A stretch of DNA of 63,979 nucleotides, the filler included, from Ionaspis alba (Eukaryota), in the NCBI GenBank assembly GCA_964255285.1. It is 4 parts of 4 records of this genome, joined end to end, with 100 filler letters (N's around TTAATTAATTAA, not from the genome) between each part and the next. Parts side by side here need not be neighbours in the genome. Positions count along the whole stretch, not along the records: positions 1 to 16,805 come from CAXUUL010000334.1; positions 16,906 to 33,686 come from CAXUUL010000335.1; 2 more parts are not named here. One strand, 5' to 3'. Every line of letters starts with the position of its first letter. The stretch's first letter is position 1. This document shows, one piece after another, positions 12,992 to 24,577 of the stretch. The notes under the pieces are model-generated. The model saw only the letters and a program-made list of their open reading frames with translations. It did not search any database and was not told the origin of the DNA. A program made the translations under genes and the position numbers.

Positions 12992-13898
12992 AGTCTCGTC
13001 TTGCCTTGCTTCCGTTCAGATTTGTCTAAGGTCTTCGTTGTTGTTCTCATTTAGTTCTCGTGGATAGCATCGACGGTGGGAGCACTGCATAGGACGTCTG
13101 GAACTCAAGTATCATGAAAGGAAATAGGATTTTTCGGCTCTTCTCTTTCTAGATCAATAACAGTTCGCGGAACAACGACAACCAAGCGGGGTGTCCAGGA
13201 GATCAGGGACAATCAATCTAGCAGAATCGCTAATAGGGCTGGTGGACCGGCCAGTGTAAATAAAACGACCATACCGGTGGTGTACCGCAATTATCATCTC
13301 CTGTGCTAATACTTCAACGCTTGATCATCCGAGACCAAGCCTATCTTTGTTGTGCTCGAAAGATACCTCGCACGATTTACCAAGATTCCTTACCGACTTG
13401 ATCCATCGTTCTATCCTCTGCCGACAAAGGCTGCAGATCCCTGAGAGAAGACCTTGGATACCCGAGAAGACCTCTGCCTAGCCACAGAGCCCTTGTTATC
13501 CGCCGAGTTTATTTCCACCGATCTGACACGGAGTTCACTATTCTTCACGAAGAAGCACTGCACCGTCTCGACTCGACTCTCTATCAGCAATCAGCGAAAG
13601 TTACCCATCGGACCTAACGCTTGACTTTACGTCTTCCACCATACAGCTCTGTACTCAAAGTCTCCGATTTAGGGATCTTGACATTACGAGAATCTGCATC
13701 AAGCGCCTTGTATTACGCACCAAAGAACTCAGTCGCCGTGATCCGTCTCGAGATCTCATCCCTCCCCGAACAGAGGCACATCGACTCTTATTCTCCGGCA
13801 GCCAAGGAGGAACCGCACAGCATCCTGAACACGCATCTTTCCCTTTTCCTCCATACTCAATCTCGTCAGCTACCCGGACTTCCACAACATTCGTCAAT

Positions 13899-14557
13899 AT
13901 GGCAAGTCCAGAGAACCATTCTTCTCTACCACTCAGCGCCCCGAGAGGTCTCAACCCCGCGGCACCAGTATTCGTGCCACCACAACGAGGAGAGCGGAAG
14001 GAACAACATGCACACACCGAACCAACCATAGAGCATGTTCACAATATATATGATGGACCTCGCCCTCGCCCTGATCGCCACGGTGCGCGTATGGTTGCCT
14101 GCTCCGCCAAAACGACTGGTGAGTTTCTCGTCTCGGTGAAGCAACCTGTAGCGCAGAGATTGATGATCCAGTAGGCATCGACGAAGCCAGCCAGTTTCTA
14201 GCTCAATGGCGAATGGAAACCGCTCCGCCTTCTCTGCCAGACTATGGTCCTATCGGAGGGCCAGTCAAGAAACCTCTTGGTAGCGTTGAACCGAAGGAGG
14301 TTGCTATGAGCTGCATCACAGAGATGCAGAAAACGAGAGACATGCTCCAAGCAACGACTCATACGTTGGTTGACAGCTGCAACAAGCTCGTTGCACAAAA
14401 TGCTCTAGCACCAGGTCATCGCGACAATAGAACAAATGCATCGGACTGCCAGGAGGCCATGAGGAGGATGAGAAGGGCGATTCAGGAGCAGATGGATAAA
14501 GTGAGGGAGCTTAGTAGGCTGGAGATGGAGGCCCGTAGTCGCTTTGAAGAGATTTGA
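13899..14557 (+). CDS. Small PAM2-like motif protein with helical C-terminus (cluster gene B)
   Basis: Exon 1 (13899-14118) carries RGLNPAAPVFVP. A GTGAGT intron (14119 to 14171 or 14174) joins in frame to ORF 14213-14557, which ends in helical EAMRRMRRAIQEQMDKVRELSRLE. Confidence 0.7.
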
Positions 14558-14773
14558 GGAAAGCATACGAAGTTTTGACTAGCACACTTTGAGCTGCTTC
14601 AACGCTACTTGTAATGATTATCTCCAGATTGATCTATGATGGCAATAATGATGTTGGTTTAAGACTTCAGCCACGCCCAGGGGTTCCTTTAAGTCAGAAG
14701 CGCAAGATAGTTGTTCCATTCCGTAGCCCGATCCCAGCGAAGTCGCTCCTCCGCATCCCAGCCTAGCAGTCTC

Positions 14774-14981
14774 CTGTTAATGTCCTTACTCGAGCTTGTC
14801 CAAACCCCTTAGGAGGATGTGTCGATTNNNNNNNNNNNNNNNNNNNNNNNNNNNNNNNNNNNNNNNNNNNNNNNNNNNNNNNNNNNNNNNNNNNNNNNNN
14901 NNNNNNNNNNNNNNNNNNNNNNNNNNNCCTGTTAATGTCCTTACTCGAGCTTGTCCAAACCCCTTAGGAGGATGTGTCGAT
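14774..14981. other. Assembly gap (100 N, 14828-14927) with ~54-bp duplicated flanks
   Basis: cctgttaatgtcc...atgtgtcgatt is repeated on both sides. Confidence 0.95.
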
Positions 14982-15661
14982 TTGTGAACGTGTCCCGGTC
15001 AGCCGCAGCCATGACCTCGGTGACCATATCGACAGGATGTCAAGGGCGGTTGCAGGATTCCGCTCCAACCAAATACGCAATATATGCTCTATCTGGCAAT
15101 ACACAGCGGTCTAGATTGTGCCTGGTGCATGTTAACAAAGTCACTAAACGATGAAATCAGGCATTAATCACTCCAGGTATAGGGAGGTATCACCTGTCCT
15201 CAAAGCTGTGGTTTCTGCTCATACCAGGATTTGGCGAGATTGATACTGAATGGTATAGTACAGGACTACAATCTTTTTTTTCCTTGATGAAGTTGAACGT
15301 GCCCTCAGTATGAAGCTGTGCATCCCACCACCTATTGTACAAATTGCCGAGACTATTCACTCAACTAAACGCTTGTTGTCTATTCGTCACCGTACAACAC
15401 AAAGCGAATGAAAGCTATATTAGAATCACGGCATGTACCCATATGTGTACATGTAATTCTGAAGCAAACAAATCAAGCAAGCTTTGGTCAACGAAACGCG
15501 CTTCACAATTTGGAGTCTACCCAAATATTGCCGGCTCGTACATCCTCTTTTCGCTCAATATTGCTCCACATCCTTTCCACCTCCAAGAGGCACCGCTTCA
15601 TTCAAGCTCTTCTGGCTTCAATTTAGTACAATAACTTTGATCTCCTTCCACAACCGACAAG

Positions 15662-16703
15662 ATGGCTTCCTACCCGACCAGGCCAATGATGAGTCCGAAT
15701 TCCTCGTCTCCAACACCGCTGCCATCCGTCAAACACCTTACTTGCGCTTTCTGGGCTGCTAATGGCTGCCGTTATTCGGACGAGGAATGCAAGTATGCCC
15801 ATCATCACACAGGCTCCGTCGCTGAGATGCCTATCTACACACAAGTTGGCAGTACGTAACGGACCAAATGACTCTGGCGAATTTCTGACACATCTCAGTG
15901 CCTGCTGTAGCTGGACGTGCTGCACGCGAGCGAGCGCAATTCTTACCTATGAATCCCCGCCCTCTGGATCCAAACAAGATGGCTCAGCGTCCTACATCAG
16001 CAAAGCACCAAGACATCCGTGATCTTCTTCCCAAGGATAAGGCTGGCGGAGATGTGTCTCGTACAGGATCTTCAGACGGGGAACCAAAAGGTTCGTGCAG
16101 TATCTCAAAATCAGAATGTCATCTTACCAACCCCACAGTGACAATTCCACTAGACCGTCGTTATCTAGAAAAAGCCTACTCGAAAAGTAGTGACGATCCC
16201 TTCTACACGGGTGTTACTTCATCTAGGATCAGCACTCAATCGCCTTACATGCCACCATTCCAGGCTGTCAAAAGCTCTCCTGACGTTTACCTCAAGCGCA
16301 TGAAGCTCCTGGAAAACGTAATCGAGATGCTTTGGGTTTCGGTCAAGGCAGCAGAAGGCGAGCTCAGAGAAGGTGGCCGTTTTCTCATGGGACAAATGAG
16401 CGTTGACAGTATTGCCGAGACTAGCGATTCTCACCTAGAATTAGCGGAGCAGTTGAAGCGGCTGCGTAACGTTGCAAAGGAAGATCTGGCTGAGGCTGGC
16501 GCTACCCGTGTGACCAAGCAGTGGAAAGAGAGGTTCAGGTATGTGACTTCTACGTTGCATGGACCTTTTGTTATGGCACTGACCTTAGTAAAGGAATAAT
16601 GGCATCAATGCAGGTCAGGCAGTCGTGCCTGAAGCTAGTAAAAGAGACACCAGATCAGCCGCCACCGACGAGCGGAACCTTCAGGCTGAATCTTGAAAGA
16701 TGA
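15662..16703 (+). CDS. CCCH zinc-finger + helical protein, paralog of gene A (cluster gene C)
   Basis: Exon 1 (15662-15851) encodes SVKHLTCAFWAANGCRYSDEECKYAH. A phase-1 intron 15852-15898 precedes MPAVAGR. A second phase-2 intron 16539-16588 leads into the frame ending TGA at 16703. Confidence 0.8.
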
Positions 16704-16805
16704 CAAGACTTCGGTTACACAAAGACCGTTTGTCTTTGTGTACTGTCATCATCAGCTTCACCTCTTTTCGAAGCGGTCCTCTCGCTAAATCTCACGAAAG
16801 TCACG

Positions 16806-16905
16806 NNNNNNNNNNNNNNNNNNNNNNNNNNNNNNNNNNNNNNNNNNNNTTAATTAATTAANNNNNNNNNNNNNNNNNNNNNNNNNNNNNNNNNNNNNNN
16901 NNNNN
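16806..16905. other. Artificial contig linker N44-TTAATTAATTAA-N44
   Basis: A six-frame-stop 12-mer embedded in Ns, identical to the linkers at 33687 and 50568. Confidence 0.97.
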
Positions 16906-17953
16906 TGAGACATGCGTGGAATCGGGGACCTCTCGGTATCGAGAGGGTGGAACAGTTTCCGTACCGGAGAACAATGTTACCGTTGGAGAGCAACTGTATG
17001 TCTTCCAAGAAGTAAGGCACCTCAGCTACTATCCCCGGAAAGTCGACAACGGACAATAAAACACTCTTGGCTCCACTGGCTTCGTCCTTGTAATGGATGT
17101 CACAGATGGTACAGCCGGCGCGCTCTGGCTAGTCCAATACTTCTCTTCGCCGGACGAATGCAGAGACTGGTGTTATGGTGGGTTTCCGACTGGAGGCTTC
17201 TCCCACAACACTCTGAAGAACGCAGCAAGTCTTTCACGATGGCATATCTGGCGCCGAAGTTGAATGTTGCTTTCTTGGAAAGGAGTAGAGATGAGGAGAT
17301 ATTGCCGGTGTCTGTGTTAGTTACTAAGCCTGCTATTTTACCGGTCTGCTTAAACAGTGAGAGGTAGCTGCTTAGAGGAATATTGGCAGTAATTCGATCA
17401 ACTCTGAGATGTTAAAAATGACTCATCATACCTGTCTTTTGCTCCCATAGCTTCGGTATCAAATTTGTTTAAACGAGTGGACGGCTTGGTGAAAGTATAA
17501 TGTCTGGCATCAACAAATCAGGTTCCAGAAAGGAAGCCTTGCATCAATAATGACTGCGGGACTTAGACATTGATCAATGATGGCAATATTAAACCAGGGG
17601 ACGCACAGTACATTCTAGAATTGCCAATTCACTAGACAATAAACTGGCAGTTGGACTGAATCATGCTAGTCGGAATTGTGCCTTGATATGGGAGGAAATG
17701 CTTGAGGCCACAGTGACTTGATAGCAAGAAGTTTGCACTCTAGACGTCCACATGATACAGTTCTTCATAATCGGAAAGGATGTTCCAGAGAATGAAGTTG
17801 CAGACGATGAGTGAAATTCGTGATGAAACGTGGTGAGTAGAGGAGATCATATAGCATGACTTGTGCTAGCAGGACGAGGCATATAACGAAGAAAGCTGCG
17901 AATGATTGTGACATGGTTGATTATTGGAAGTTGTGTCTATATAACGCAAGATC

Positions 17954-19583
17954 TTAGCCTTCAATCTGCTTCAACAGCCCAGCCATATCAATGCTCTTTG
18001 GCCGCTCTATAGGAAGTCCCAAAGCCCTATCCCATATAAGTTGCGCCAAAGGGCCCAATCCTCGGCTAACACCAAATATTGCAGTGTAGTATAGAGTCTC
18101 ATGAAAGCCGTAATGATGAAAGAGCACGCCTGAGGAACTGTCTACGTTCGGATAGGGGTTCTTCGTCTAGGCCATGATATGAGCATCATGGAAGGACATG
18201 GGGCAAGGGAATGACATACCTTTCCGTGCTCCTTTAGCACGCCAGGAGCGACCTCCGAATTCTTCTTCACTAATTGGAACAGAGGATCACTGGCAATCTC
18301 AGGCCTGGACGAAGCAAACGCCATTAGGGTCTCAAATCGAGGATCTGGCTTTCGAAGTACACCATGACCATAGCCGGGAACAACCTGGCCAGACTTCAAC
18401 GTGCTCCAAAGATAGTCCTTGACATCTGAATCTGAGTACGATGTTCCAATATGCGATTGCATCTTCTGAATCCATCGAAGGACTTCCTGGGCGGCCAGTC
18501 TAAAATCTATCAGCACAGACCTCCACGCAGCAGGAATCTAGAGACTCACCCATGCAGTGGTCCAGCTAAACCCTGAAGCCCAGCACTGTAGCTGAGAAAT
18601 GGGTCACTCAGCGCACTTCCCACTAGATGTGTTGCATGAGCAGAAACATTGCCTCCTTCATGATCGCCGTGAAGTGCCAGGTATAACCTTAGTAGATCCT
18701 GGAAATTCTCATTCTGCTTCCCGCCCATCCCTATCATGGCTGCATAATTGTATGACCAATCTTGCTCCACATCAACAACCGCCGGTAAAGCTCCACCACC
18801 ACGGTATGAGTTCTGATATATCTTGGCTGCGATGGTCGGTAATTTGGCAATAAGTGATATGCTGTCCTCGAACGTTGGTTCCCAATACTCGGTTTTGTTA
18901 AGGCCCCTCTCATAAGCTTTGGCGAAGGCAGAGGTATGATTCAAAGCAGAAACAGCGCATGCGAGCTGGGTCATTGGGTGAAGATCCTTGGGGAAGTCAT
19001 CCAGCATCTTCTCAACGAAGTTGGGCAGTGCGGACTTCTCTGCAAGTTCTCTAGAGAATGCACGGATTTGTGTGGTAGAAGGCACTTGGCCGGTCAAGAG
19101 TAACCAGAACATGGCTTCGGGAAGCATTTCCGTGCCTGTCGTACCCTTCGGAAGCTCATTCTGACAATCATTTATGGATTTGCCATGAAACCTGATTCCC
19201 TCATTTGCGTCCAGCACAGAACCCTCCCACAACATAGCCTTCAGTCCTCTGGTCTCCGTCAACACCGTATTTTTATCGTATGGTAGCATCTGGCTGACCT
19301 CATGCCTCCAATGGTATTCTCCACTTTCACATCTCCAATGACTTTGCTGGCATGGCTCTTCACCTTTTTCAGTAATTCCCTCTTTTCCGGGATTGCATTC
19401 CGCAGCGTTGTTTTCAAGTCTGGTTCGGCAGAAGCTGAGTACGTTCTGGTGCACTTGACGGTGATTTGACGAGGAGAGGTTGACTGAAGTGATAGATGAG
19501 CAAGCTAGCCAACAAAGTTATTTTTTGCACCATGCCTGTATGCTCCTGAGAGCTTTTATTGTCGTTCGAGTACCAAGAGCCAT
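17954..19583 (-). CDS. mcsA: 2-methylcitrate synthase (citrate synthase family), mitochondrial
   Basis: Motifs [50 protein letters not shown] and NPYPNVD. N-terminal [14 protein letters not shown] resembles a targeting peptide. Four introns. Lies head-to-head with methylisocitrate lyase. Confidence 0.9.
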
Positions 19584-20186
19584 ATTTGGAGGAATCTGTT
19601 GCCCGCGCAGGCTGGAGAACGTGGGAGTAAACGCTGAAGTTTGATATAAGTGAATCTGATCTGGGTGTGCTTTGGATCTTGGCTTTCAAGCTTCAGGTCT
19701 CAATTGACAACAGTGTTGCAGCTATCACCAAAATAGCGCTGGAAGAGACAATCACATGGAGGGGAGCTTGTCCTTATGGATTTTGTCTCCGCATACCCGA
19801 TCTGCGAGCGAGGGCGGGGAGCCGTTGCCAACCGGACCAACCGAGGTCGTCCCCCTTGTCAACTGAGTGCTTATATGACGAAAATTGCTGTCCATTTTAT
19901 GTCGCTGGGAAATCCACCTCAAATCTCCATAACGCTCTGTAAATACTCTCTCGTTACATAAGATAAAGCTTTCCTCGGGTTGTTGTCTATTTGGTCTTCA
20001 TCACTCCAAATCATGCTGGGCACTTCCTTCTGAATTGTTGCAAAGCCGCTGAAACGTTCTTTTCAAGTCCTTATTGTGGGAACGTATTTCTCGCAACTGG
20101 TGTGATATTGAAGATTCATTGCTTAGTCTTATGGCTTAGAACGCTTCATAATTCAAGATCGAAAGGTGAAACAGAGAGCGAAGATC
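19584..20186. promoter_or_regulatory. Bidirectional promoter of the methylcitrate-cycle pair with FarA/FarB-type and CreA-type sites
   Basis: 603 bp between divergent ATGs. CCGAGG at 19841, CCTCGG at 19973 and SYGGRG (GCGGGG) at 19814. Confidence 0.6.
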
Positions 20187-22266
20187 ATGTTGCCTAGCTT
20201 TGCTCCTCGAAGTGCATCGAGAGCTCTCGTGCGCGGCAAGCGGCCGATAGTATTTCGGTCCCTCTATTCCACCCCTGTTCAATTTATGAACTCATACCTT
20301 CCTCCTGTTGAACACCCCGTATCATCTGCTCTTCCAGCGGACGCATATCAACTTCTTCCAGCAGTCGAGAAACTGGGCGCTTCAGAGGATGCATTGTTTG
20401 AGCAGGAGGTACAAGATGTCGAGCAGTGGTGGGCTACCCCTAGATACGAGGGTATCAAGAGGCCATATTCCGCAGAAGACATAGTCAGCAAGCGTGGATC
20501 TCTGCAGCAGACGTACCCAAGTTCTCTAATGGCAAGGAAATTGTTCAATCTGTTCAAGGAAAGGGCCGCAAAAGGAGAACCAGTTCATACAAGTACGTTG
20601 TCATTGATAGAACTTTCGCATGTACATGACTGAAAGCTGCTAGTGGGCGCTATCGACCCTGTGCAGATGACACAGCAAGCTGCAAACCAGGAAGTCCTTT
20701 ACGTGTCCGGATGGGCATGTTCGTCCGTTCTTACCAGCACAAACGAAGTGTCACCAGACTTCGGCGATTATCCTTATAACACGGTACCAAATCAGGTTCA
20801 ACGGCTATTTAAAGCACAGCAGTTGCACGATCGAAAGCATTGGGACGCACGAAGGAAAATGACAGCAGATGAAAGAAAAGAAACGCCATATACTGATTAT
20901 TTGAGACCAATCATTGCCGATGGAGACACTGGGTAAGTTACGAAGTGTGTTGACTTCCTCCACATCGCTGACTCCATTTAGGCATGGCGGACTTTCTGCT
21001 GTGATCAAACTTGCGAAGCTTTTTGCAGAGAACGGAGCTGCAGCAGTCCATTTCGAAGACCAGCTCCATGGCGGTAAGAAATGTGGCCACTTAGCAGGCA
21101 AAGTTCTTGTGCCTATCGGAGAACACATCAACCGTCTAGTAGCCTCTCGTTTTCAGTGGGATCTGATGGGCTGTGAGAACCTCGTCATCGCCAGGACCGA
21201 CTCCGAAAGCGGCAAGCTCTTGAGCAGTGCAATCGACATCCGAGACCATGAGTACATCCTAGGCATCACTGAAGACGTGGAGCCCCTCGCGGAAATGCTC
21301 CAGGTCATGGAAGCCGAAGGTGCTCCTGGGCAAGAAATTGATAAGGTGGAAGCTGAGTGGGTAAAAAAACACAAGCTTGTCACATTCGATGAAGGTTTGT
21401 CAGCACCTTTGTCATTCTGTTCCCTTCGTCGGCTGGAATACTAATCATTCTGTAGCTGTGGTCAGTCATCTGCAGTCAGAAGGCGCCGATAGGAACAAAA
21501 TCGAAGAATATAAGGACAAAATTGCTCGTGACCGTAATCTACCATTAAGCAGGCGACGTACTCTTGCTGCCCAGTATACACAGACTCCGGTCTTCTTCTC
21601 CTGGGACATTCCGAGGACACGAGAAGGCTTCTATCATTACAAAGCAGGATTACCTGCTGCAACGAAACGGGCCATTGAGTATGCGCCTTTCGCAGATCTT
21701 TTATGGCTTGAAACTGCAGATCCGAGTGTGCAGAAGGCCAGCGGATTTGCTCGCGAGATCCACGAAGCTCATCCTGGAAAGCAGCTTGTGTACAACCTCT
21801 CCCCTTCTTTCAACTGGATGGGTCAGGGCTTTGATGATGCCTCCCTCAAATCATTCATATGGGATCTTGCAAAACATGGGTAAGCTCTTTTTGTTCTGTC
21901 AAAAGTAACGAGCACATAGGGGCTGATTCAACGTACAGCTTTGTTCTTCAGTTGATCTCACTCGCGGGTCTACACTCGACTGCAGCTATCACAGCTGAGC
22001 TATCCAGAGAATTCAAGAAGGATGGTATGCTAGCTTATGTAAAGCTCGTTCAACGACGAGAAAAGGAGCTTGGCGTGGATGTTCTAACGCATCAGAAATG
22101 GAGTGGCGCCGCATATATTGATGGCATAATTGGAGCCATCCAGAGTGGGAGTAGCAGCAGTAAGAGTATGGGCGAGGGGAATACGGAGACCGGTAGGTAC
22201 CTCAGAATCTCTTGTATTGAATGTATCGACTGATCATGTTTCTGTTCCTCTTGTTTAGGATTCTAG
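20187..22266 (+). CDS. mclA: 2-methylisocitrate lyase (ICL family), mitochondrial
   Basis: Catalytic KKCGH and [11 protein letters not shown]-type residues PDFGDYP and QLISLAGLH, versus FITLAG in ICL. Arg-rich N-terminal presequence. Five introns, with a tiny last exon ending TAG at 22266. Confidence 0.92.
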
Positions 22267-22575
22267 GTCACCTACATCGGTGTCAAGTTTGATAGACATT
22301 CATCGAGAGTCACCGACGGCTGAAAATATCACTTTGCTCATCTCACCACTTCATTTCGTATCAAGCTGCCGCAATGCTTGAGCTAGAACCCTTAGTAGAC
22401 AACGGCGTGTCTCTAGCGGCCGAAATTGTGTTATGCGCTGAATCAATTTCGTAACCTCCAACCTGCTGTGACGAAGACATTGCGGAGCGTTGTTGTACAA
22501 CCAGCAGATTCAATTGCAGCTCAACACTTCTTGCATAAAAGCTTGGACGCCTCCAATTGGTCCGATCACATCAAA

Positions 22576-23793
22576 ATGGCTCAAATCGAGCGGGAGCAAG
22601 TGACCTACGAAACCTCACCATCAGCTGGCGCTCTTATGGTTTACCAATACCCTCAAGGTCATGTTTACAACCATCCAGTAAGCGAGCGGCAACTCCATCC
22701 CGATATCCAAGCACTGTTACGCATTATTGAGGAGAAATATCCTGTTCAAGAAGAAGTCGAAGCGGAATCAGAAGAGCTCTTCTGTCTCTGCCTGCAAGCT
22801 GAAGGTGATGGAGAAGGTGAAATGATCGAATGTGGCAATGGGACACAATGTTTGCGCCATTGGTTTCACACCAAGTGCATTGGGATGAAAGAACTGCCTC
22901 CGGAAGACGGTAAGATGATAATACATCAATGACCTAATATCACTGAGCTGACCAGGGCGTTAGCAGATTGGTTCTGTTCGCGCTGCATCGAGCGTCAGAT
23001 TGGTGGAGCGGTTGGTCATGTTCAATCTCCTCAGTCCTCTTCGCCTCTTCCGTCGAATTCAGTTGGAAGTGATGGCCGAGTAGGAAGACCATCTTCATTC
23101 CGACAGGTCGAAGTCACGCCTTCGGTCAACTGGATGACGCCGAAGACGGTCGCGTCTTTTGCTAGAGAAGCAATCACGATCGTGAATCTCAGCAACAATG
23201 AGCCACATAGCAGCCAAGTATCCTACTCACCTTCCGATGCTCCCGCGCTATCTCTCTTGTCAACGTCGTTAGCCAAGCCTGACCTGCAGTACATCAACTA
23301 CGACAACGCCTCCGCCTCCCAATTAGAGAGCGAGTCCTCCTCAGATTCAGGTCACCATCCTGGTTGCGACGGCTCCTGCCAGCCCAGCGAGAACTCACGA
23401 CAGACCCGGCGCTCCCTTGCTCCTCCCCGCCGTCTTCAACGTACAACGTCCAATCCCGTTCGCCGAACTCGCTCCACCTACCCTTGGACACCAACCGAAG
23501 AAGCGTGCCTCATCTCACTCATGAAAGAGATCGTGCAGACCGAGTCCAACAAGACCGAAGCGAGATGGGTGCGCGCGTCGGAGCAGATGGCGCTGCATGG
23601 GTATACGCGATCGCCGTTGGGCATTAAGATGATCTGGGGAAGGGGCTTGAGGGAGAAGACTGGTATTGATGAGCGCGTTATCAAAAGGACTGACAAGATG
23701 ACTGTGGGGGTGAATTGGGGACGGTTGAGGAGGGACGGCGGGTTGATCAGGGAGGGGAGTAAGAGAGAGGAAAGAAGGGGGTGGAGTTTGTGA
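22576..23793 (+). CDS. PHD finger + Myb/SANT-like domain protein
   Basis: ING-type PHD (LFCLC...MIECGNGTQCLRHWFHTKCIG...DWFCSRC) split by an intron at ~22910-22964. The C-terminal YPWTPTEEACLISLM...W...RSPLGIKMIW resembles a Myb/SANT repeat. Confidence 0.75.
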
Positions 23794-24577
23794 TATGGTA
23801 CGGTGTAACTCTGTGAAGAAATTTGCCGACTTGACCTTGTGAGTGACAGTTGACGAAGGGGCGGTTGGTAATGGATAGGATGTTGTGAAAGATAATTGTT
23901 GTCTGCGGAAAGAAGGATGAGACACGAATGGATATCAAGGAAGTGTAGTCCTAGTTGAAATGTTTAATACCGTACGTGTACAGTACGATATCAAATCACT
24001 TGAGATTGCTAGCACTGCTGTGAAACATCGAAGTTGTCTGAGGAGATAGTTAAGATCAGGTGGGTCTAAGGCTGTCAAAGAATGAAGCTCATACTCTCGA
24101 AAGCTAGTCCCCATTAGCAACATGAAACAAGCATTGCGATTCCCAACTCAGTCACAGCACGAGCAATAAAGGTTTTAGCGGTGGACACTCTATTGCTGAA
24201 CCAGCTCTTTTCTATAACAGTCCCTCTGTGTCTCCCTTGTAGCAGTAACAGGAACAAATGTATCCGCGCGCTGTAAATACCAAACGGTGATGTAGAGGAA
24301 AGAAACCCCATCCCTGGCCTGCTCCGCGCTTTGCTCGACACCAACGATAGAAAGCGATTCCCATTCCAAGCCAAACTCCGGCCCAAGACGCTTAGCCTCC
24401 CATCTCTGACCGTCAAACCCACTTCCAAACGCCATCATTAGAATGCGAAACAGGAAAGGACGTGGTAAAGACAAGGACAGATCGCTCGCTGCAGAGAAAG
24501 CAATGTGATGTAGGCGACAGGCTGAGAGCGGGAGTGTTATGTACAAAAGGAACCAGGGAGAAGTCATAAAGTGGGTA

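Noticed and set aside
13621..14031. 136-aa ORF overlapping cluster gene B
   Set aside because: TTG start and no motifs; the overlapping ATG frame has the PAM2-like motif and a clean splice to the downstream ORF.
16850..16861. Palindromic TTAATTAATTAA recurring every 16,881 bp
   Set aside because: It is embedded in Ns and is an artificial six-frame-stop linker, not a biological repeat.
16906..17450. Possible gene fragment at the contig start
   Set aside because: Intron-like signals occur on the minus strand, but all three minus frames contain stops and no domain is recognisable in either orientation.
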